A stretch of 45,774 nt of DNA. Source: Terracidiphilus sp. (lineage in GTDB: Bacteria; Acidobacteriota; Terriglobia; Terriglobales; Acidobacteriaceae). Positions 29,489-36,380 of the stretch are shown in pieces (within the stretch, counting starts at the first letter, position 1; each line of letters starts with the position of its first letter). A model generated the notes under the pieces. It did not search any database. It saw only the letters and a program-made list of their open reading frames with translations, and was not told the origin of the DNA. The DNA is taken from the NCBI GenBank assembly GCA_049582405.1, contig JBAUTX010000105.1:1-45774 (forward strand). Direction: 5' to 3'. A program made the position numbers and the translations under genes.

Positions 29489-30242
29489 AGTCCGGTCCAA
29501 ATCGGATCTTCGCACGCTTCACCTCAGAAACTATGTGGATGTGCGCACGCTGCCCGTTCCCCCAGTCCGGGAGATGCTGGAATCGACGCCGGTATGGCCG
29601 ATGCTGGCGAATGACCGATTCAACTGCTGCACCTCTGCCGCCGCGGGCCACATGATTCATCACTGGACGGCAGCCAACCAGCATGGCATCTTCCTGACAG
29701 ACGATGACATTATTCGTGTCCAGGCGCAGCTCACAGGCGATCGTCTGATGGAGTGCGTTTCCATGCTGGATGCGCTGCGCTACTGGCGCAACCAGGGAAT
29801 CGGCGGTCACAAGATCCACTCGTTCGTCAGTGGAGAGAAGGCGAACGCTGCGGATTTGCGATGCATTATTCATCTCTTTGGCAGCGGTTACATCGGGCTC
29901 GATCTTCCGGCGTTCGCCTGTGCCGGTGATCCAAAGGGATGGCCGGACATTGCGTGGGAGATTCCTGCGTCGGTTGCTTCCGACGCCGCTGTTCCGGATC
30001 CCAGTCAAGGACATTGCGTGGCAGTGGTGGGATACGATGAGCAGTCGCTTTATGTCGTAACCTGGGGCCGGCAGAAGACCATGACCTGGGAGTTCTTCCA
30101 ACGCTATGCAGAAGAAGTCTATGCCGTCCTTAGCGCCGATTGGGTGGCAGAGAACGCCAAATGCCCAACCGGTTTCGACACGCTGACGCTGGAAAGAGAT
30201 TTGACCCTGATGCACGCGCATTCCGGCGGCAAGACCTCCTGA
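29475..30242 (+). CDS. Papain-like (C1-type) cysteine peptidase homolog
   Basis: WPMLANDRFNCCTSAAAGH (catalytic Cys region) and GHCVAVVGYD...VVTWG (catalytic His region); CAGGAGA RBS; overlaps the kinase stop by 14 bp; no signal peptide. Confidence 0.72.
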   Translation: MLLGRVRSKSDLRTLHLRNYVDVRTLPVPPVREMLESTPVWPMLANDRFNCCTSAAAGHMIHHWTAANQHGIFLTDDDIIRVQAQLTGDRLMECVSMLDALRYWRNQGIGGHKIHSFVSGEKANAADLRCIIHLFGSGYIGLDLPAFACAGDPKGWPDIAWEIPASVASDAAVPDPSQGHCVAVVGYDEQSLYVVTWGRQKTMTWEFFQRYAEEVYAVLSADWVAENAKCPTGFDTLTLERDLTLMHAHSGGKTS

Positions 30243-30527
30243 CATCCTGCCCTTGGCGTTCAAGCCTAGACGATATCGAATTGATCAACAGCAGAGAAGT
30301 GGCCATGGGGAGTGTTTTTTTCATCCAATCCTGGCCCTGAGAACCTTTGTGCCGAAGGTCCGGTTCGCGTGCCTCGCTTCCAGTTCGATGCCGCGTGCGG
30401 GTTGCCGTTTCAAGCGATCCGGTGAAGAGCGCGACGGGGATCGGGCAGAAATCTGTTCGCGATCGAGAGATACAAGACTTGAATCTGCAGACCGTCGGTG
30501 TACCGCGGCCTCAAGTGCAAGGGTGCT

Positions 30528-32273
30528 ATGATGAGCCCACTTGTTGCCATGGTCGAACATTCTCCGCAATCGGATACGGTTCTCGAGGTGGTAGCGCCGG
30601 ATCAGACACGCCAGCGTGTTCCCTTGACGCGCTCCCCCTTTTTGATTGGCCGCGGCGGGGCCCGCGAGAACGACCTGCAATTGGCGGACGGCCGCATCTC
30701 GCGCCGCTGCGCCGTCATTGTCACCGGCGAAGAAGGCTACCGGCTCGAAGACTGCGGCAATCGCCACGGCCTGTTCGTAAACGGTGTCAAGGTAGAGCAG
30801 AAACTGCTGGAGGACGGCGATGCCATCAGCTTCGGTGTCGACGGATGCTACCGGATTGTCTTCCATTGCCCATCGTCGCCTTCCCTGCAATCGCGCGACT
30901 CGGTAGCCAATCTGCTTACGCGCATCGGCGCCATTTCGGACGCCACTGGGTCGATTTCGAGCACGGGCTTGAGCGGGTTGAATCTTCTCCTCCAGGCCAC
31001 TTCTCTGCTGCACTCGCAACTCCCGCTCGACTCCGTTCTTAGTACCATGCTCGATCACGCGATCGCCATTACGCATGCCGACCGCGGCCTGCTTCTGGAG
31101 CCGGACGCCGTGGACAGAATGCGTGTCCGCCTTGCGCGAAGCAGCGGCGGAGAAAGCCTGCCACCGGAGACCCTCAGCCCCAGCCACACGGCAGTTAACC
31201 TGGCCATCAACCGTCAGTCCAGTGTGATTACGGAAGACGTGAACCTCGCTGGCGTTGATTTGAAAGCCGCCGAAAGTGTCGTCGTGCAGAACCTGCGAGC
31301 GGTCGTTGCCATTCCCCTCTATGCCAGCCAGCGCGCCGATTCGGACCAGCCTTCTCCGCCGAATCGTGGAGAACTGCTTGGCGCGCTTTATCTGGATTCG
31401 CGCCGCATTGCCGCGTTCTCTGCTCTGGACCGCCAGATCCTCGATGCGCTGGCCGTCGAAGCAGCCAGCATCCTGGATAATGCGCGGCTGGTGGCGCGCG
31501 AATGTGAGCGTCAGCGGCTGGAACAGGAGTTGACCATCGCTCGAGAGATTCAGCAGGCGCTTCTGCCTCAGGGCTTGCATGACTTTCCCCATCTGGCTGT
31601 GACCGGCGTTCACTGCCCCTGCCACGAAGTTGGCGGCGATTACTTCGACGTCTTTCCCGTCGGGGAAGACCGAGTGGCGTTTCTCATCGCAGACGTCTCC
31701 GGCAAGGGACTGGGTGCGGCGCTGGTCACCACCATGCTGCAAGGCGCGTTATCGGGAATCGCCATGGGCGCTGACCCGGTGCATGTCTTCCACCAACTCA
31801 ACCGCTTGCTCTGCCGCCATCGAGAGGTGGGCCGCTATGCCACGCTGTTCGTCGGCTTCCTCGGCCGTGAGGGTCTCTTTGAGTACATCAAGGCGGGACA
31901 TCCTTCGCCGCTGCTGGTGCGCCACGGTCAAGTGAGCGAACTCTATACGGAGGGCTCGCTTCCCGTGGGGCTGCTCCCGCAGGCGGAGTACACTGTTGGA
32001 CGGATGCAACTCGAGCCCGAGGATACGCTCGTGCTTTTTAGTGATGGCGTAACCGAAGCTCAGGACCCAGATCGCAATCTCTTTGAAGTAGAGGGTCTCA
32101 GAGCTGCGATTGCTGGCGCCCAGGCCATGCCACTGGACAGACTGCAGCAGGAAGTCCTTCAGGCCGTGCAGAGATTCACCCGCGGAGCAGGTCAATCCGA
32201 CGACATCACGCTGCTGCTCGTTCGCTATCGAAGACCAGATCATCTGCGCCAAAGCACCGCAACGGATCGTTAG
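30528..32273 (+). CDS. FHA-GAF-SpoIIE (PP2C-type) phosphatase
   Basis: FHA motifs IGRG, ISRRCA, NRHGLFVNG; GAF (AIPL...LGALYLD); SpoIIE motifs VGGDYFD, IADVSGKG, AGHP, FSDGVTE, DDITLL. Exact start uncertain (30528/30531/30549). Confidence 0.9.
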   Translation: MMSPLVAMVEHSPQSDTVLEVVAPDQTRQRVPLTRSPFLIGRGGARENDLQLADGRISRRCAVIVTGEEGYRLEDCGNRHGLFVNGVKVEQKLLEDGDAISFGVDGCYRIVFHCPSSPSLQSRDSVANLLTRIGAISDATGSISSTGLSGLNLLLQATSLLHSQLPLDSVLSTMLDHAIAITHADRGLLLEPDAVDRMRVRLARSSGGESLPPETLSPSHTAVNLAINRQSSVITEDVNLAGVDLKAAESVVVQNLRAVVAIPLYASQRADSDQPSPPNRGELLGALYLDSRRIAAFSALDRQILDALAVEAASILDNARLVARECERQRLEQELTIAREIQQALLPQGLHDFPHLAVTGVHCPCHEVGGDYFDVFPVGEDRVAFLIADVSGKGLGAALVTTMLQGALSGIAMGADPVHVFHQLNRLLCRHREVGRYATLFVGFLGREGLFEYIKAGHPSPLLVRHGQVSELYTEGSLPVGLLPQAEYTVGRMQLEPEDTLVLFSDGVTEAQDPDRNLFEVEGLRAAIAGAQAMPLDRLQQEVLQAVQRFTRGAGQSDDITLLLVRYRRPDHLRQSTATDR

Positions 32274-32309
32274 ACTCCATATGCCGATTGGCGTGGGGTG
32301 GACAAGACG

Positions 32310-32600
32310 ATGCGAGGTTTTGGAGGAATCGTGGGCTCCATCTGGGACGATACCCGCTACAGAGTCTGCAGCTGGTGGGTGATGGGTGGAGTGGCATGAG
32401 CCGCAGCGGCCCGAGACGTTGGCCACTCGACGGTTCAGATGACCATGCGATATGCTCATCTCATGCCCAGGGCAAATCTGCTCGCCAACAGCGTCGTCGA
32501 AGCCTTCTATGCGAACACGGTGCAAGGCGAAGCTCAAACTGAAACCCGAACTGGCGCCGGCGGTTCGTTCAGTTTGGCGCTGGCATGTAAGTCGTTGTAA
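32310..32600 (+). pseudogene. Degraded C-terminal fragment of a tyrosine recombinase/integrase
   Basis: Manual translation: GIVGSIWDDTRYRVCSWWVMGGVA*AAAARDVGHSTVQMTMRYAHLMP...CKSL*. Box II GHS..QMTMRYAHL is intact; the HxxR motif has decayed; in-frame TGA at 32397-32399; ends at TAA 32598-32600. Confidence 0.8.
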
Positions 32601-32607
32601 ATAAAGC

Positions 32608-32699
32608 GGAGAGGTGGCAGAGCCCGGTTGAATGCACCTGACTCGAAATCAGGCATAGTCGCAAGGCTATCGGGGGTTCGAATCCCTCCCTCTCCGCCA
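32608..32699 (+). tRNA. tRNA-Ser(CGA)
   Basis: Acceptor GGAGAGG/CCTCTCC + GCCA, anticodon stem CCTGA/TCAGG with loop CT-CGA-AA, long variable arm, GGGGGTTCGAATCCCTC T-arm. Confidence 0.96.
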
Positions 32700-32709
32700 G
32701 TATTTCTGC

Positions 32710-32722
32710 TAAATTCTTGATT
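32710..32722 (-). promoter_or_regulatory. IHF-consensus site next to the tRNA 3' end
   Basis: Reverse complement AATCAAGAATTTA matches WATCAANNNNTTR exactly, within an AT-rich stretch. Confidence 0.45.
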
Positions 32723-32768
32723 TCAAACGTAAATGACAATAAATGAGTAGTTTGCGGCAATTCTCATG

Positions 32769-32796
32769 TGTCGCATTTGTCGCATTGTTTTGCATT
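32769..32796. repeat. Short tandem direct repeats (possible integrase arm/accessory-factor sites)
   Basis: TGTCGCATT x2 (32769-32786) plus a degenerate third copy TTTTGCATT (32788-32796). Confidence 0.45.
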
Positions 32797-33539
32797 TGTG
32801 GTCTAAATTCCCCCGAAAAACTATAGCAAGGCCAAATCACTATAGCACGGGAACAATCGACTTCAGCGCATGAGACCTCCTTTCAAGGGTCGGTCCGCTG
32901 GTTGGCCTGTTCCCACCCAAGGATGCTCGCCCTCGCCGTGCATGCAGATTGTGGCTCGAAACCTGCTCACACCCTTTTGTCACGTCGCCAATGGCGTCTT
33001 GATTTGACTTTTGCGATAGACGAATGTCTTTGCCACCGCTCATCCAGAAGACAGGGCGCAGTTGTCTCCCGACGGCAGTTTTGTGTGGCAGATAGGTGTC
33101 CGAACCTGATGCGCTGTTCAGAGAATTCTGCCGGGCACTGGCGGACCAGGACACGGTGAACATGCCAATCGCTTTCCGTCTGAACGCGCGGGTTTTCGGC
33201 ACACCTTCTGCACACCATGCGAGGCACGACACCGCCTAACTCGCAATTAGAGAATCCGCTTAGCTGATGCCGGATCAGCATGCCGGCGATAACTAACGCT
33301 GACGTCATTTCGGATGCGTGCTCGTGAAGCGATCTCCAAGCGGTTTTGGAGGGCAGGCGGGGCGTCGGCATCCAATATGGTGCGGCCGGAAGCAATGGCT
33401 GCCTAACCCCGGGAACAGGTTTTCTGCTCAAAATGATAAAAACTGTTCGGAACAGAGGGACCAGTTCCTGTCTCCTTTTTCTATGCCGTTTTACGTTTAT
33501 CGTGATTCGACGGGAGAGAAGGAAATGAATGGAGTCCGG

Positions 33540-33995
33540 GATGCTCGGTCGAAGCTGAGCGTGATTTCGACGGTGACCAACAAGGGCCAGATGCGCTGGA
33601 AGGTCTTTTCCGGAGCGCTGAACGCGAAGATCATGATTGGCTTCATGAAGCGGCTTGTGCATGGACGGCAGAAGCGAGTTTTCCTGATCCTGGACAACCT
33701 GCGGGTGCATCATTCCAAGGCTGTGAAGAAATGGCTTGCGGAAAACCGAGACAGGATCCAGGTCTTCTACTGACCAAGCTACTCGCCAGCGCTGAACCCG
33801 GACGAGATGCTCAACGCTGACTTGTAGCAGCATGTGACCAAAGCTGCTCCTGCCAGAAACAAGATCGCCCTGACCCGGACCGCCATCGGCGCCCTGCGCA
33901 GCATCCAGAAGCAGCCCGGCAGGGTCGAAAGCTACTTCGGCCCAAAAGACGTGGCCTATGCTGCATAGGTTCCACTCTTCAGGGCCGGATCAATA
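33540..33995 (+). mobile_element. IS630-family transposase pseudogene (3' half) with probable right end
   Basis: LSVISTVTNKGQMRW...VFLILDNLRVHHSKAVKKWL...FY*PSYSPALNPDEMLNADL*QHV...YAA*. In-frame stops at 33771 and 33825, final TAG at 33966-33968, then ...GGCCGGATCAATA ending in TA. The 5' HTH part is missing. Confidence 0.85.
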
Positions 33996-34038
33996 ATTCA
34001 GGCTGAGATCATTCTCCCCGGCAGATTAAAGTGTGTTC

Positions 34039-36015
34039 TCAGAATTTGAGATCGCGCGCCACCGAAGTGAATTGTGGATCACCTCGCAGCCCCTGCAGCG
34101 AAGGATCCGCCTTGGCAAAGACCATTGATGTCGAATGGTCCTGCGGTGTCTTGTCAAGCCAAAGCAACGCATTGTGCCGGTCACCCAGTGCCTCGTAAGC
34201 CATCGTCATCGCGTACGCCGGAATATACTCGTGGGCCGCACGCTGCTTGAAGTCAGCCAGAATCGCCCGCGCTTCTGTAGTTCGGCCCGTTCGTCCATAC
34301 ACAGCCGCAAGTGACGCTTCATAGTACGAATTGCCGTGGGAGAGGTGAACCGCCTTCTGCAACTCCGCAATCGCCTGGTCTTGCAGCCCTCTGCTCTCAT
34401 ACACCAGCCCGAGCCGGAAATGCGACCGCGGAAAGCTCGGATCCATCTCGATCGTCTTCTGCAGAATCTGGATCGCCATCTCTGTCTGGCCGGACAGCCC
34501 ATACGTCCACCCAGCATTGGTGTTCACAATCTGCGACAGGGGATCCTCATTCAGCGCAGTCCGCGCCTCGGCCACTGCCTCGCTGAAGCGCCCCATCGCG
34601 GCATACATCTCGCCCTGCCAAGAGTGCACCATCGCATAGTTCGGGTTGATCGCAATGGCTCGCCTGAACTCCTCCTCGGCCTGTGCTCCCTGCCAGTCGT
34701 AATAGAAATGGATAAGGCCCAGCGTTGCGTGTGCGTCGGCCAGGTTGTCATCCATGCTCAGCGCTTTCGTGGCCGCTTCCTTGGCTGCCGGGAACGCATC
34801 ATTCGGTGCCATCTCAGCGTACAGTCCCAGCGCCGCATACGAGTCCGCTATGCCCTCATACGCATCGGCAAACCCAGGGTCCAACCGGATCGCCTCCCGG
34901 AAATACTCGAGCCCCCGACGCAATCCCTCGCCCGTCCGCTTGTTCCAAAAAAAGCGGCCACGAAGGAACAGCTCATAAGCTTCGGTGTTCTCCGTCGGCC
35001 TGCGCCGCAGTCGCTCCACATCGGCGCTCGTCAGCCGCAGCTGCAGCGACTGCATGACCCGTGCTGAGACTTCATCCTCCAGCGCAAAGATGTCCGTAGA
35101 CTTCTGATCGAATGAATCCGCCCATAGTTCCACGCCGTCGCGCACACGAATCAGTTGCACTGTCAGTCGCAGACGGTCCCCTGCACGCTGGATGCGGCCA
35201 TCCAGGACTGCATCCACGCCCTGCTCGCGCCCCACCTCGGCCGGACTCTGCGTCGTGTCCCGATACTTCTCCGTCGCGCTGGTAGGCCGCACCACAATCC
35301 GCTTGAAGTTCCCAAGCCGCGTAATCAGCGCATCCGCCGCGCCCTCCCCGAGGTAAGCATCATCCCTGTTGGCTCCCAGTTCCCGGAAGGGCAGCACCGC
35401 GAGCGAGTGAATTGCCTGGCCATCATTCACCAGTGGCTTTGCGCTGTTTCTCTCCAGCAGGGCCCGTCCCGCCACCACAGCCAGCCCCGCCACCACAGCC
35501 AGCCCCAGCCCTCTAAGCGTCATCCACAAGCGGTGCCGCGGCTTCCTTTCCCTTGGTGGAGTCTGCATCGGTTTCGCCGGCTGCGCGGCCATCTGATCCG
35601 CCACGGGAGCTGCCAGCGCGCTCGACAGCTCTTCGGTGTGCGGCTCCTGCCCCGAAGTCTCGAGCACCTCTTCCGCCTGCTCTTCCACTCTCTCTTCGAC
35701 GGGCGCCACAAAACGGTAACCGTGCTTCGACACCGTCTCAATGTAGATGCGCTTTCCACGTTCGTCGCCCAGCGCCTTGCGCAGCTGTGACACCATCACT
35801 GCCAGGTTGCCTTCTTCCACGGCAACATCCGGCCAGACCTTCCCCAGAAGCTCGCCCTTGCCCACCAGCTTGCCGCTCCGCTCCACGAGCACTACCAGCA
35901 GCTCAAATGCCTTCGGGGTCAGCGGCACAGACTTGCCATCGCACAGCAGGAGCCGCTGCCGAGGATCTAAATGGAACCTCCCGAATTCGTACAAACGACT
36001 GACAGGATTAGGCAT
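34039..36015 (-). CDS. CadC/OmpR-type winged-helix regulator with TM, TolB-like domain and TPRs
   Basis: YEFGRFHLDP...PLTPKAFELLVVLVE...VWPDVAVEEGNL...LRKALGD...IETVSKHGYRF; hydrophobic helix; SLAVLPF; TPR array. Confidence 0.9.
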   Translation of the reverse strand: MPNPVSRLYEFGRFHLDPRQRLLLCDGKSVPLTPKAFELLVVLVERSGKLVGKGELLGKVWPDVAVEEGNLAVMVSQLRKALGDERGKRIYIETVSKHGYRFVAPVEERVEEQAEEVLETSGQEPHTEELSSALAAPVADQMAAQPAKPMQTPPRERKPRHRLWMTLRGLGLAVVAGLAVVAGRALLERNSAKPLVNDGQAIHSLAVLPFRELGANRDDAYLGEGAADALITRLGNFKRIVVRPTSATEKYRDTTQSPAEVGREQGVDAVLDGRIQRAGDRLRLTVQLIRVRDGVELWADSFDQKSTDIFALEDEVSARVMQSLQLRLTSADVERLRRRPTENTEAYELFLRGRFFWNKRTGEGLRRGLEYFREAIRLDPGFADAYEGIADSYAALGLYAEMAPNDAFPAAKEAATKALSMDDNLADAHATLGLIHFYYDWQGAQAEEEFRRAIAINPNYAMVHSWQGEMYAAMGRFSEAVAEARTALNEDPLSQIVNTNAGWTYGLSGQTEMAIQILQKTIEMDPSFPRSHFRLGLVYESRGLQDQAIAELQKAVHLSHGNSYYEASLAAVYGRTGRTTEARAILADFKQRAAHEYIPAYAMTMAYEALGDRHNALLWLDKTPQDHSTSMVFAKADPSLQGLRGDPQFTSVARDLKF

Positions 36016-36024
36016 ACGCGCGAC

Positions 36025-36065
36025 AAGAAATTCTTAAGATTTTTTTTGGCGATTCCAAAGGACTT
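36025..36065. promoter_or_regulatory. Candidate operator in the divergent regulator/receptor intergenic region
   Basis: AT-rich AAGAAATTCTTAAGATTTT with overlapping palindromes (AAGAA-A-TTCTT, TCTTAAGA) and a related ATTCCAAAGGACTT 22 bp further on. Confidence 0.35.
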
Positions 36066-36380
36066 CTCTGTCGCTGCAACCTAACGTGGGCTGCCGTTGA
36101 AGCTGGATGCACATCATGGACCGGGATTATAGCTACAGGGCAAAACGAAAGTCGAGCATTTCCGCCCCTCTCTAATCCCCTTCCACGTTCCCCAGCTCTT
36201 CCGGTAAGGTGGTCGGCGGCTTCCCCCATTGACTCACCTGCCTTCCCGGAGGCGTTGTTGTGCGGACAGCATCACCATTGCCTATCTTGCAGAAGTCTTC
36301 GTTCCGTCACCGCGGCGAAGCTGATGCGAAGCGCCTGCTTCACCAAACCGCAGTAACCCCGATTCTCTGGGAGGTCAAGG

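Noticed and set aside
31749..32537. 262-aa minus-strand ORF
   Set aside because: Antisense shadow of the phosphatase gene and of the integrase relic; no independent motifs.
32608..32699. Second tRNA as a mere attR duplicate of the first
   Set aside because: It is full length, with a different anticodon and its own perfectly paired stems.
32967..33833. 288-aa minus-strand ORF
   Set aside because: Largely antisense to the IS630 fragment; the remainder has no recognisable protein features.
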